From Paramecium tetraurelia (lineage: Eukaryota): 64,000 nucleotides of DNA. Shown here one piece after another: positions 13,915-27,314 of this stretch. Position numbers and translations under genes: made by a program. Under the pieces are notes generated by a model, which was not told where the DNA came from, did no database searches, and was given only the letters and a program-made list of their open reading frames with translations. How positions within the stretch are numbered: the stretch's first letter is position 1; every line of letters starts with the position of its first letter. The stretch is taken from assembly GCA_000165425.1 (NCBI GenBank), contig CT868659.1, positions 248,001-312,000 of the forward strand. Reading direction: 5' to 3'.

Positions 13915-15566
13915 TCATATCAATCTATATGTAATTTAATATCTTTTGGATAAAATTTAAGTTAGTTCCTTTGAAGTGCATACTCTTTTAATAGTACTAG
14001 CCTTTAACTAATCATATATTTCCAATATACAAGGTCTTATTATAATATAAACAATTACTCAATAATGATTTGTAGATCTTTATTATTAATTTCAATCTCT
14101 TTCGTCCAGTAATTCAATAAACCATTGTTGATTTATTCTTCTGTGATCTCAATTGGTTATTCAGTAATTTCAGGTAAATTCAATTTAATCTTAGTTCCCT
14201 TCTTAAAATCCTTATAATTAAAAGCTTCTGGAGGTAAATCAAATATGGTTACAACGTGTTCATCAAGTATCTGCTGCATGTTCTTTGTATTCAATAAGTC
14301 AATAATTGAATCCAATTCTTTGAGAGTAGGAGAATAGATTTTAATAATTTGCTATGATATTTTCTCCCTTATTAATATTTAAGTTGGTAAAAAGTCGCAA
14401 GTATAAAAATTGTTATCGAAACTTGTAACTTTCTTTATCCACCTTTGTGATAAAATCTTTTCAGGAAATTCATGTTTTTCTAAAAAATTAATTAATTATA
14501 AATTTACAATCAATTATTAGAATCCCCAATTCTTTATTAACTGGCAACCCAGTTTAAATTTAATTAGATACTGCATTATCTTAAGGATTAATGAGTAAAT
14601 CTGATTATGATATTTGCTATTAAGACTGCGGCTCATTTAAATCTTATAAAATGAGTTCATGATCAAGTTTGCTTTAGAGGTATAATTGCAAGTTTTGATT
14701 GTCAAATTATTCTGCAAATGAATGCATCTCAAAGAAGTTATTCTTAACAATATCATATAGTTTTTGGGGGGACAAATCAATTGTCTATATATATTAGTAT
14801 TCTTGATGGTATAATTGAATTATTGGAAAATAAATTCTAAAGAACCCCAAACCGGATTAGTTCTTGATCACAACCACCCTTTGGAACTCTTCTGTATTGA
14901 AATGCTTAACCTTATACTTCAATCTATTGAGTCCCTTCTACTTTAAGGCTACAGTATTTCTCTCCAGTAATTATAAGTTTTTTTGAAAGAAATCCAAGGG
15001 ATCTGAATGAGTGTTAAATATGGCCAGAGCCATTTAGAATGTCAATTAAAGAGGCTTGGTTGATTTCTTGTTCACTTCGCCTTCAAATTCCCTAATCCAC
15101 TCTATTTCGCAAGATTTTATTAAAGCAAGTATGGGCATCTTTTGATATTTGTAAATTTTCTTGAAATATGTCCTATCCTCTTTTGGAATGGATTCTGTGT
15201 CCTCTGTATCAGTAAGTTCAGTGACCACATTTCTATTCAATGGTTCTAATCGTGCACTAGAGTGACCGAATTTTTGGGAGTAATGAAATTTAGACAAACC
15301 TTAAAAGCCTCTATCGCAAGCAGCTCCGAAATGTCTGTTACTGAAATCGAGGCTGAGAACAAGTCCTTCGATAAATAGTCTGTTTTACTTTGAACAACCA
15401 ATTATTTGATGATGGAACTTCTTTGGATCGGAGGTAGTACCTTGCTTTCGTTGTGACTAAATTTGCTTCGAGTATTCCTGAGATAGGCAGGTTCAAGCAA
15501 TTTATGTTGTGAATTCATAATTGTGGGAAGAATATCGAATTTTGTATGACTATTGTTGTTGTTCAT
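13915..15566 (-). CDS. Hypothetical protein
   Basis: Long ciliate-code frame from MNNNNSHTKFDILP to QITYRLI* with short introns; includes ORF-track 15046..15297. Confidence 0.7.
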
Positions 15567-15577
15567 TAATATAATAA

Positions 15578-17711
15578 TCAAGGAATAATGCCATTTGTCA
15601 ATTTTTAGAAATCGTCATAGTATTTTGTATATTTATTGTTGGCACTTTGGGTAACTAGTTTATATACATGTTCCTCAAGTTGTTACTCGTTAAGGTCCAA
15701 TTTGAATCTGTCTTTGAAGACTTTCATATCAAATTTTTCTAAGCAAGGCAATTCATTGTCGATTTTCATGGCCTCCAAAATAAAGGCGAATTTGTCCACA
15801 TGCTTTCTCAATTCCAAATAACCTAATAATAACTTGCTTTTGAATAATTGAAACATGCAACTCTCTTATCCATCCAGCAATTCGATGTATTCTTTGGTTA
15901 ATTTGAATGGAGCTGATTCAAATTTGATTCCACCAGGAGCAATCGTCAAGATGAATCCAAAATCAATATGGATTATATGACCTTGGTTGTCAATTAGAAT
16001 GTTTCCATTGTGTCTATCCTTAATTTAGAATAGGTATTGGAGTAAACTATAAGATGTTAAACTCAATATAAAATTGAGTTAAGCCTCTTCAAAGTTGTCC
16101 CCGAAGATGCTGTTATAAATATCCTTGAGAGTCATGGATGGCATAGACTTCTTAAGTTAATCCATGGACAATGTATCATTGCAGAATTCTAAAATACCTG
16201 AGTCTACTGAAGTGATTATGATATCATAGGATTTGACATACAGTCCAACTTAGGTTAAGATCTAAGAGAGTTTAAGTTAAATGATTACATCTTCAGAAAC
16301 CTTAATAATTTGCATCATCATTTGTTCTTGTCTCAAATCATCGCCTCCCTTGATCAACAAGCTTCTCAAACAATAGGATTTGAATTGTCCATAAGGAGAG
16401 TTAGATTGGATGACCTATCTTTTATCTTCCCATTGCTCACTAAATGGGCCACTTTTCAAATCATTAGGAGATGGCAATTATTAAATTTCTTGTTGTTTGA
16501 CTAAGTTCTTAGGGGCGTTTAATTACTTTTAAATCTTCTCGATGATCTCTTTTTTATTTGGATATTCTGAGACATATAAATAATATAGATACCGTTGGCA
16601 ATTTACTCAAGAAATGTAACATTGTCTAATTCTTTGTCGCTGTGTTTTAATTTGTCTTCTTGCTTAAACAAATCTTTAAAATCTTTTTCGTATAATTATT
16701 TATTGGTATATGATTGGATTTGATCGATGCAACTTCTTCTACGCGTAATCTATTCCTTTTTAAGAGGTGGAAATTGTTAATCAAACCTCTTTTTATTTTA
16801 ATGGAGAATTTATTACCTTGCTAACTAAATAAAAAAACCCATATCAATACCTTATCTTTGTTTTCCTGCAAGAAATCTTCAAAGACAGTGTAATCGAATT
16901 GATGCAGAACATCAAATTCCAAAAAGGCTTAAGAATCAATTGACAATTGTTTTTAAAGAGTGACAAGTGATTATTCGCGTTATTCATACTCGTTCATATC
17001 TACGGTTTCAACTACCAATTTATATGGTACTCTCTTCTTTGTATTAAATGATTGTGCTTCAGTATCAATAATACGAACAACCATCTATGATCTGCCTTTA
17101 AATGGTAGGATAATCCCTTTGCAGTATTTAATACCAGGATTATTACGACGAAAACTCTCCAAAGCCCTATTTCCCTTAATGAGATTCCGTCTCAAATAGA
17201 GTTGTCTCTCATTCAGAGGCACATTCTTAAGATGTAATGATAAAACAGTCAAACAAGTCACAAATCTATGAATAGAATTCACATAATTTGATCTGCTCTC
17301 CTTTTCTAGAAATTGATTCTCTGAAATTTGATTTACCATAGCTTCTTCTATTTTTTAATCGAATACAGCCACACTATTTTCAGCACTCTGTCTCTCTTTA
17401 TAAGAATAAGCCTCATAAGACCATTTGATCTAGTAATGAGAAATTTGAAATTACTATCTCATAAAATGCTATATGTTCTGCACACTTCTTCAATAAATAC
17501 TCACCAAGTTGGGGCCATCTCTTTCTTGTGAATAGATAGCTAACTTAATGAAATCAAATCAATACACCAATCCTGATAAGTATTTGCTAGTTTCATCGTA
17601 ATTCAATTAATTCAGTCTTTCCAAAAACTCCGTCAGGGTTGATTCTTATACATCCTTGCATATGATCTTCCTGAAGGATTCGTCGATGCTCATCTAATTG
17701 CCTTAATTCAT
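15578..17711 (-). CDS. Phosphatidylinositol 4-kinase, type III beta-like
   Basis: LVKGGDDLRQE-like motif, QIKDRHNGNILID, HIIHIDFGFIL, FESAPFKLT, C-terminal YDDFQKLTNGIIP*; LPPNLYLP-like middle region. Confidence 0.93.
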
Positions 17712-17734
17712 TAATTTATTCTTATATAATTAAA

Positions 17735-18267
17735 ATGCTCCTATTTTTTATAGCACTTGCTCGATCTCAGTCTGCCTCTTCTTCTGGAATGAATGAGGTA
17801 CCTATCTATTGTTTTAGGACTCCAAAATCACCTATGAAACATACTATGCCCAACTCCTACCATATTACATAGTCGACATGTCATTCCCAGAATATTTCCA
17901 AATATCAATGAAGATAAGTGGATGTGAAACTTGCGATTCTCCTTACATTGAAGGAGGACCTGACATGATCATAGAACTCAACTATTCCCTTTTCATTGTG
18001 AAATGTGATCAGATATGGGAGTTGCATGGAATCTGTGGAACCTACTTAGAAGTTCACAAGTAATTGCCATTAATCCTATTTCCAAGACCATTAAACAAAG
18101 AAATAATATATGAGCAACAAATCAAGGGAAAAGGAACACTAAAAACACAAATGCTAACCAAATCACTAAAAAGTGGTCGCTATGAAATTTGGGTTGTTGT
18201 TCGCAGTAAAATTGGATTTGTCATTTAATATGTGAAATCATTTTATATAACTATTGTCAATTAGTGA
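17735..18267 (+). CDS. Small secreted hypothetical protein
   Basis: Signal peptide MLLFFIALARS, one 20-nt intron, ORF ends FYITIVNQ*. Confidence 0.75.
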
Positions 18268-19326
18268 TGCATTTTATGAATTTATACTTAATATTGTATT
18301 GCTATTAGGGTTTGTATAGAAATGTTGATGAGGAACTAAAAATACAAAGAATAGTCTTGGGTGTATGCCTCTCATTCTAGAATGGCTGGCTCATACTTAT
18401 AATTTAGCCTCATTTCATGGGAATATAAAAAATAAATAAATAATTAGTTTTATCTAGGCCTAAAAAATAAAAAAGAAAATCAAACAAAAGTATTGATAAA
18501 ATAGAGCAACTTATTTTGTAATAAATGTTCTATTGAATATAATTAAATGAGGAATAAACCAAACAACTGTAAAATTCTTAATAACTATTTAAGTAATGCT
18601 AGATTAGAATACAAATCTTCATAAAAGTTTTACATTATGATAAAACTCTTGGATACTCTTTGTCAAAGAGAATTATAAAATAGATGCTATTCAAAATTAT
18701 GATAATTTACAACAAATTATCATCATTCATAAAGATAATAAATTATCTTATAGTATTTAAATGTAAAAGTTATATTTCAACATTTTTTTAAATTTCTACT
18801 AATTAGGGAGGGAAGTCCTAAGAAACAATTTTGTTAAAGAGACAAATGTAGAACCCACCACAGAAAAACCTTTTGCTGTACATTTATTGATGAACCAAGT
18901 TTCTATATTAATTAAGATTGTATTAAACCATTGTTTTACAGTTTAGTCTATTATTATTATTAGAATCTTCTTAAATAACAAGAAGGCTCATTTAACAAAT
19001 AAATAACAAGTGGAATACTTTGAATAATTATCAACTTATGATCGTTTGAAGGTGCCTTTTTGAGATTTTATAATAAAAACTTAAAATATATTTATCCTAA
19101 AGCATAAAAAGAAGAATTGCAACACAAATTATCATGAACAGAATAAAATTATTACTTACTATAATAATGACTTTTTATTATTTCATAAACTTCAATTCTA
19201 ATCAACCTGTTTAATTACTATTATCAAAATAACTTACTAGTTGTCCTAAGAAACAAAAAAAGGGTAAAACTCAACATGTGAAATTATATTATGTAAAATT
19301 TGATAAAATATTCAAAATATTCATTG

Positions 19327-20840
19327 TCAAATCTGCTACTATGGAAATACATCAGGATACTATAGAAGATTAGATTATCAATAAATACCTATCCAGGTCT
19401 ATAAGATGCTGCATTAGATCGAACTCCTGATTTGGACAGTTCGTTCTATTTTTTCCTTAATGACTCCAATTCAGCAGTGGCCACAACCAACTCTTCTTAG
19501 ACTTGATGATATTCTCTGTTGAGTTCTTAGAACTTGTTCTTCCAAATTTGAACATCATTTGTAAGTTTGGTAGTTTCCTCATAGGTTGTATTGCTATTTT
19601 AATATTCGTATTCAAGGTCCTAATACATTTTGTCTAATTCATTATATCTCGATTTCCAATCTTCAATTTCTATATTCAATTATTAGATTTGACTTCTGAG
19701 CCTATCAATTTGATCCTTGTCATCGTTATTGGATTAGATAGTTGGTTTAAAACTGAGTTGGTTGGCTTTAAGAGAATCATACTCTGATTTCATTTGTAGA
19801 ATTTTGTTGTCTAATTCTGAAATCTTACTATTCAAATATTTGATGGTTGATTCTTGTTATTGGATTTGAGATCTGAGACGATTAGTTTCATCGTTCTTTT
19901 ATCTCAATTCATTCTGCAACCTCTCTATTTCAAGTTTTAAATTCTAAAGTTTGCCATCATTTTCAAATTGAGAATTTAATTTAAGTGATTCTATTTCCCT
20001 ATTTCGATTATCGACCATTTCCTTCAATCTTCTAATTTCAACCTCATACTAAGCAGAATCTCTCAATTAAGCTTCAAGTCTTTGGTATTTTAACTTCCAT
20101 TCTTCAGTTTCAGCCCTTTGACTATTTACAGAGAATTGAGCTCTGTCGATTTCTTATCTCAATTAAGAGAGAGTGGCTTCATATTCCTTAAGTGACAATT
20201 GATGTCTGCTGTCAGCCATTGATAACTCTAGAATGCGATATCTCTTAGAGAGTTCTTCATTTTGATCTCTGAGTCTAACAATTTCGGCATTTAACATGGC
20301 TTCATTCTCGACCATGATTGCTCTCATCTTATCAACATCTATTTCTGCTTATTACCTTGCTTATTTGTCAGTAGCCATATATAATTTGTGCTTATATTGA
20401 TCCAATTCCAAAGACATATCCAACAAGCACTTATTTAATCTATCAATTTCCAGATACAATTAATTGATCTATGGTGAAATGATTGGAATTCTCATACCTT
20501 CAAAGTGTCTTCAACATAAGTGATCTTTTCAGTAGCCCCAATTCCTCTGAGTCTCATCACTTCTGTTTGGCATTCTGTTAATGCCTACTCCAATTGTGAG
20601 CATTTGGCCTTCCAAACACTCTCAATCTCATCTCGAGTAACTACAGTGATTGGTGCTTCTCGATGATACATTTCTCTAACATGAGGATGAGTAACTGTGT
20701 GACTCTAAGCATTGTCGTTCGGTTTATAGGATTGCTTAATTAATTAATAAATGGAATACATAGGGGGGTCGAGCAGATTGCTATGGTTAAGGATAGCCGT
20801 ACGCTTATCCATATTGTTAAGAAGCTGGACTATATTTCAT
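19327..20840 (-). CDS. Long coiled-coil protein with Gln/Pro/Tyr-rich N-terminus
   Basis: Heptad-rich frame (EIERLQNELR, EIEDWKSRYNELD); several introns; start codon uncertain. Confidence 0.75.
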
Positions 20841-21164
20841 TACGTACTGTTAAATAATTAATATAACAGAAATTCATCTGATAATGTTATAATGATTTAA
20901 AATCCAAATCATTTTCAATGACATCCCCTTTTTTTTAGAGTCCTGCTCTTCCATTATCTCTTTGCTTTCTTGAAAATCTGTAATTATAACACTTTGTTAT
21001 TTAGTGTGTGATCTGTGCTTTCAACAATCAAATTATATATTAATATAAATGATCTATTTTATTAATGCTGTTAATGTATATAACACTATCAATATTGAGA
21101 AATATGAATAATATCAATTAAATTAATTGTATAATTATGAATTTATCATAAAAGAACATCGCGA

Positions 21165-21960
21165 TCAGCTTGCTCTTAAATTAAAGTTCTAAGCCAACAC
21201 CAAAAATTTGTGAGATTTTTTCTCATACAACTATGTAAGTGCTAACGGTTAATTTATACATTCTTGGCTTTCCTTCAAAATGATCTTTTCACCAGAAAAA
21301 TCTTCTTAATTATAAAGTCTGACTGAATATCCTTTGGGAATTTGAATGGATTTGATGTCATGGTCAAAATTACTATGTTTATTACAATCTATACTCAATG
21401 TTTCTTTGAGATTCACAAAGGTGTAGTGATTCTCCTTTGAAATGACATTATGAGTAGATTACTATGCAGTCAGAATTTTAAACAGTATTTTCGGTTTCTG
21501 CTAATATTAAATAAAACTATATTACAGTTTTAGTTAATATCTTATTAAGTAATAGATTAAGTACTCTAAGTATCTATCATGTCTAGTGAAGGTATATCAT
21601 TCGCACCCTCTTTATTACAAGATTATATACTTGTAGTGAATTTTCATCATTTGAGAATTAACCTAATTCTGAATTTGGAGTGTTATTACTCAAATGGTCT
21701 AAAATAAAATTATTTGGATCTTCATTAGAGTTATTTATTTCATTGTTTTAGGTTATGTCTGTGTTGGAAGAAATGAAATGGCCATCAAAATCAAAATATC
21801 CTTACTGTGATAATACTTAATCAGTATTTCTTTGATTGCTATCAAAATTAACCATGGTAGGTATGGGATTGGTTTCAATCTCACTCAATTCCATATTGGA
21901 TTAGGCTAGCACTATGGCTGGAATTAGAATAATTCTAAATATTAGAGCCTTTATTGGCAT
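21165..21960 (-). CDS. Secreted protein with C-terminal beta/gamma-crystallin (Greek-key) domain
   Basis: Signal peptide; CIVIYSQCHFKGESLHL and DIKSIQIPKGYSVRLYNQEDFSGEKII match crystallin motifs. Confidence 0.75.
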
Positions 21961-21994
21961 TTAAAACGGATTAATTAATATTATATAATGTTTC

Positions 21995-23153
21995 TCATAT
22001 AAGCTCAATCTCAATTATATTATCCTTATCATTAAACACCAAAACACCAGGAAGTATGGTTTAACTATTTTCAAACGTCAATCCAACCATGGCACATACA
22101 ACGCTTCCAACTTTTAAATTGGTAGTAGGTATGATTTTAACTTTCAGATAGCTATGATGATTTATAATTTTCATGGTCCTTGTAAGTAAATTCCTATCCT
22201 TTGTTGCAGTAATTTATATGACTTTAACCTTTTATTGATTCAGTTTCTCACTGCTCAACAAATAATAAGCATCATCAATCAGCAAAGAGAAATCTAATTC
22301 AGAATTTGGAATTTTAAAAGTATTCTCTTATGTTTCAATGATTTTTGATTCTGAAAAGAATAATTCTTTGATGATTCCAACACTTTTATCTATTTAATTG
22401 TTACCCGCAAACAATATTGATCTATTATTAATGGCAGCAAATTAAGAGTTTTCAGTTAACTTTGGAATCTTTAATTACCCATCCATAGCGACTTTCTCAT
22501 CAATCTTGTCCTTCACCACTATACCAGCTTTGCCTAATATAATTAATAATGATCGATAAATACTTCCAATCATGAGTATATGATTGTTAAATTAAAACAA
22601 TCTCGATACTCCCAACAATGTATAACCAGGCATTATTGACACATTAAATATGGGTTTATCCTAATTCCCTTCGAAGATTTGATTGAAGTTTCCTCTATAT
22701 AATTAATACAATTTATCTTGTTAAACAACCAAATAAATAACTTTGTTAATCAATGAGACTTGATAAGTAGTCATTTGGCCATATTGAAAATCTGCAAGTT
22801 TGATTCTATTATTTTTATTAGTATCATCATAGAGATCCAATTCTATTTTAATTTTAAATGCATGATAAAATAGAATTAATTTGAAATTTATTACTCCTAT
22901 CAAAGTAGGTTATTATTCTTGACGAGATTTACGGTAAATTTGAAAGATTTCATTATTTCTCTAATTTAGAAATCTATATTACTTAAGCATTTAAATTCTC
23001 AATCAATTACAACGTAAATTTATTTTGATTATGATTATCACTAAGTATTCTCGAATTAAATTGCTTTTATAATTCAAATAATTTCTATTCCTTACTCAAT
23101 ATAGAATCGAAGTAACTTGATTTCTGCAATATGAATGTCTATTGATCCTCCAT
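21995..23153 (-). CDS. Hypothetical beta-rich protein
   Basis: Open ciliate-code frame with two short introns, ending DNIIEIELI*. Confidence 0.7.
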
Positions 23154-24059
23154 CTTAATCGCAAATTAATTTTCTTTATTATAATATTCCTCTTTGATAT
23201 ACTAAAAATCTAATAGAAGTTGACCCTGTCCATGACAGACAGGACATTTAAAGTATTTTGATTCATCCTACTTCAATTAAATTTATATCTGTTAATCCAA
23301 TTCAGAAAAGTTGAATTGACAACCCTTGTCCACATGATAGTATGGGAATGTGAGAGAGTCAAGTGTTAATTAAGAGTACTAGAGTATAATTCTATAATGA
23401 TCATTCTTCATTAAGGTACCAATAAAAAATTAATTATAATCATTATAAATTACTTTAATTAGAAAACTATCTTAAATTTATTATTCCTATATCTTATTCT
23501 CATAGCTAACATATGTTATAAATTGCAATCGAAGTTTGTTTATTATTTCATAAAGTAGAATTTTTTTGGTTACAGTACTCTATTAAACTTGACTTTCTGA
23601 TAAACATAAAATATTCTAAGTATTTTAAATCAATGTTCTGTATTCTCTATACTAAGTTATCATAATAATAATCAAATCATCATAATTAATTATAGAGGAG
23701 CACTGTGATTAGGATTAAAATATAAGTTGGTAGGTAAATGTGAATATTTGATAACTATAAAAACAAGAGGTTGAAAAAAGTGCGGAGTTTGAATCAAAAC
23801 TATCTAATTTGACTGAGTTAAGCATTCATTAATGCCAAATCAAATAGAATTGAAATTTAGATTGTGAATAATATAATATTCTTTTAATCTTCTCTGTAAT
23901 AATTATAAATGATACACTCATGATATTTTGATTTAGAATATGTTACAAACATTATTATACAAATACAAATTTATCAACAATAAAAATTAAAGAAAAAATG
24001 CTAATAATTCAAAGAGTTTAATTATGCCCTTATTTTAAAGTAACTATTTCTTATTATAA

Positions 24060-24617
24060 TTTAGAAATATATTATAAAAGGACTCTTTCCCTATTATTGT
24101 ATGAATCTAAAATGAGTCTCATTTTATTAAAAACAGCCTAAAATTATTTATTTACTCTTTAATTTTGATAGAGTTTCTACTTTTTTATGTTATTTTTTGA
24201 ATCTCCTAATTCCGAATAATCAATAGATCGAGTAATATAATTTGGATCAATAAATTTCCTATAGATTTTTGATGATTGTAAATTTGTTGGTTATTGAGAC
24301 TTGGAAAGTCTTGGTTGATAATTCAAAACTGTATCCATGCTCTTTGGCCTAATGATAAAATGAAAAGGGTACTTTAGTGAAATCATAGCAGACGGTTTAA
24401 TTTTATTTGCTGTGCTATAATGAGATCTAGGTTTCACTTCAGGTACACTTTCAGAATCAATAGTTTTTGACATCCAATCAGATATTGTTGTATATCGCTG
24501 TCTTACTTTGAATCTAATATCCTCATTGTAGTTCTTTAATTTCATTTTCCGTCTTTATTATTAATTTGTATAAAACAGAAAAATATTAATTTACAATTCT
24601 AGCTTAGATGGAGACAT
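24060..24617 (-). CDS. Hypothetical protein (boundaries uncertain)
   Basis: Extends ORF-track 24291..24545 in ciliate code; 3' end not resolved. Confidence 0.4.
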
Positions 24618-25049
24618 GTAGATCCTTTATTGTATTAGAATAGATTATGAATTGATTCACAGAATTTACATTTATGGATCAATACCAAGATCTATACACT
24701 TTGTATAACAAAAAGAGTCATATTTTGACAATTGAAGCATCAATAATATAATTAAGTGTTGAAATACTTAATTTTTGAATGCCTTTTCAATCATATTATC
24801 AATAATACCCCTGTCATGTTAAATCTGAATAAGAATTCTCAAAAATAAAGGTTATATATTTAGTATTGCTATTTTGGATCTATAATAATATTCATTATAT
24901 ATCCTTTGCAAATAACTAACCACTTTGTAATTTATTATTACGTATTTTCCACAGATTCCTCAGCACACTCCTGTTCTTTTTTACAATGTTTTAATTTTGG
25001 TACGATATTTATTTATTTTAAATGTCAATTATATATATAATCCTTATTA

Positions 25050-25406
25050 ATGTCAACTTATAATGAGTTAAATAAAATTAATTAAGAATTTATCATATTA
25101 TTTGGATCACATTAATTAACTTATTTCATAAATTAGATGAATGCAAAAGAATTCAGCATCAATTAATATCTTGATCAAATAGATATTCAAATAACTGATC
25201 CAACACTTAAATAACAAGAGTATTTTGAGAGTATCAAACACAATATTCACCAAAATAAAAATAGTTTTCTAACTTCTCCTCTCATTTTAAGAGAAGTGGG
25301 AAATCGAATGGTTGCATAAATTCATCATAAGACCCATGAAAATATTCACTTTTAGAATCGTGATAATATTAGAATCCACCATAACTTCGAAAGACACGAA
25401 GTTTGA
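25050..25406 (+). CDS. Small hypothetical protein
   Basis: Ciliate-code ORF of about 118 codons, MSTYNELNK...FERHEV*. Confidence 0.5.
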
Positions 25407-25442
25407 TTAAAAACACACTATTTTGTATTATTATTATTTTAT

Positions 25443-26189
25443 ATGAATCAAAATGATAATTATTTCCCATTGTCTTACAATGATCACAATCACCCACTCC
25501 AGAAGTGGCGTTTACACAGCAACTCCATGCATAGCTAGCCCCTCATTAAAATCGATTTTGATCATAAACCAAAAATGGTGTATCAATTGCCAGATGTTTT
25601 CATGACAAGTAGACTAAATTAATTAAAAGTAACTTAAAACTTACCATCTAGCAATCCTTTTGTGAAAATCCTAAAAAAAGCAGAAAAGCAAGTAAAGTAA
25701 GTTTGAACAGTTTAGAGGTTTCCCCTAAGATTCCAAAATTGACTAAAAGCAAAGAACACAAGGACAAAGAACTATCTGAGTTGCATAAGAGTTACGGTCA
25801 ATTTAAGTAATATACTATATGATATTCTAAATAGAAAATCACTTAATCGAGTGAAGAAATAACACTTAATTGGTGAAAATAATTGTGAAATCAATCCAAT
25901 GAATCCAAACTCATCCTTTTACCTAAATGGAGTCAAATTACCTTACAGTTTGTACGTTATCAATAAGAATCGTTAAATGGCCATTACTAATATAATGAAT
26001 AATGCAAGTCCGCATGCTCATGAGTAATCGTAATAGTAGATCTAAATGATTGACAATTAAATCAAAAAAGTTCGTAATATTGGCCCTTATATCAGGGATC
26101 TAAAATCAGAGCAAGTAAAAATTGAAGGAATACAGGAGTCGATCTTATTTGCAAAATGCGTATTACTCTATGTTATGTGTGAACTCTGA
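25443..26189 (+). CDS. Hypothetical protein
   Basis: MNQNDNYFPLSY...YYYVMCEL* with short introns. Confidence 0.6.
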
Positions 26190-26297
26190 TTCCAAGAAGA
26201 GGTTAAAGAAGATTATACATCGATAATTCCCTCAAGAGTCTCGTTTCTAGCAGTTATGAACAAAATTATATTATATATAAATTAATATTTGTTAATT

Positions 26298-27258
26298 ATG
26301 ATTACTACGCCTAATCTCATCGACTCTAAATTTTATGAGTTACAAAATAGCACTCTTGCATCCAAATCAGAACACGAGGAATTCAAACAAATTTTACTAA
26401 GATTGTGGATTCAGATCTCGAAATCTTTTAATGAAGACTTTGAAGAAATCCTGTAATTGGGCATCAATTCAGACATTCAAGATGTCCTGAATGCTATACT
26501 GATCATAGAGGAGGCGAGACTAGAGCAAATCAAAGTATGAGGTTATGTTATATTTTAAGTGCGATAGATAATAGATTTAGCTTCTCGAAGATGAACTTAA
26601 GGCCATTAAACAATAAAATACCACTCCTTCTGGAAATGATGAATTAAGAGAAACGCAAAAACAGTACAGAGAATTGAGTGAGCTTGTCATTTCATTAAAA
26701 TTATAAAATGAAGATAAAGAGCAATAAATTATAGAGTAAAACAAATTAAACAAAAAACTATAGGTTGAACTCAATCTATTGACCTCTAAAATCAATAATT
26801 TATCATTAGCTTTGGTTCAATCTAAGGAAGAAAAAATCTAATACATGGAACAATCATAAAAAGAAATTAAATTATTGATGGAAAAAGAGTTATAACAAAG
26901 CAAAATGATTCAGATATTGCAGATCCAGAAAATTGAATTGGAGAATATGCTAAAAAAGTCCAGTCAAAGGAATTCAGTTGAATCATCAAATCCTTAAGCC
27001 TCTTAAACTTTCAAAGAGGATGATCAAGCCAGAATTCTTAGTTGTTCACCAAGTACGATTTCACCATATTTTAAGGAACCACTCATATAGATATATCAAA
27101 AATTGTTTTATAAAGTCTCTAAAACAAAAAAGCTGAAATGGTTTCAGGATAGTCACTTTCATAAATTCCTTATAGATTTGGAAAATGATAATCAATTATT
27201 ATTGTTAAATATGGATATTTTCAATCAGCTTCTTTTAATCGAAATTTTATCTTTATGA
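26298..27258 (+). CDS. Coiled-coil hypothetical protein
   Basis: Q/E/K-rich heptads; one intron near 26535; ends IEILSL*. Confidence 0.65.
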
Positions 27259-27314
27259 AAAAATGAACCCAGTATTATAATATTATATAAAAGTTCTTTG
27301 ATTTATAAAGAGAT

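Noticed and set aside
13860..13920. Possible overlap of convergent coding ends
   Set aside because: On careful reading the stops are at 13890-13892 (+) and 13915-13917 (-), so the coding sequences do not overlap.
13915..15566. Initial impression of a RasGEF forming a signalling cluster with MAPK and PI4K
   Set aside because: Full translation shows no CDC25 motifs, so the gene is left as hypothetical.
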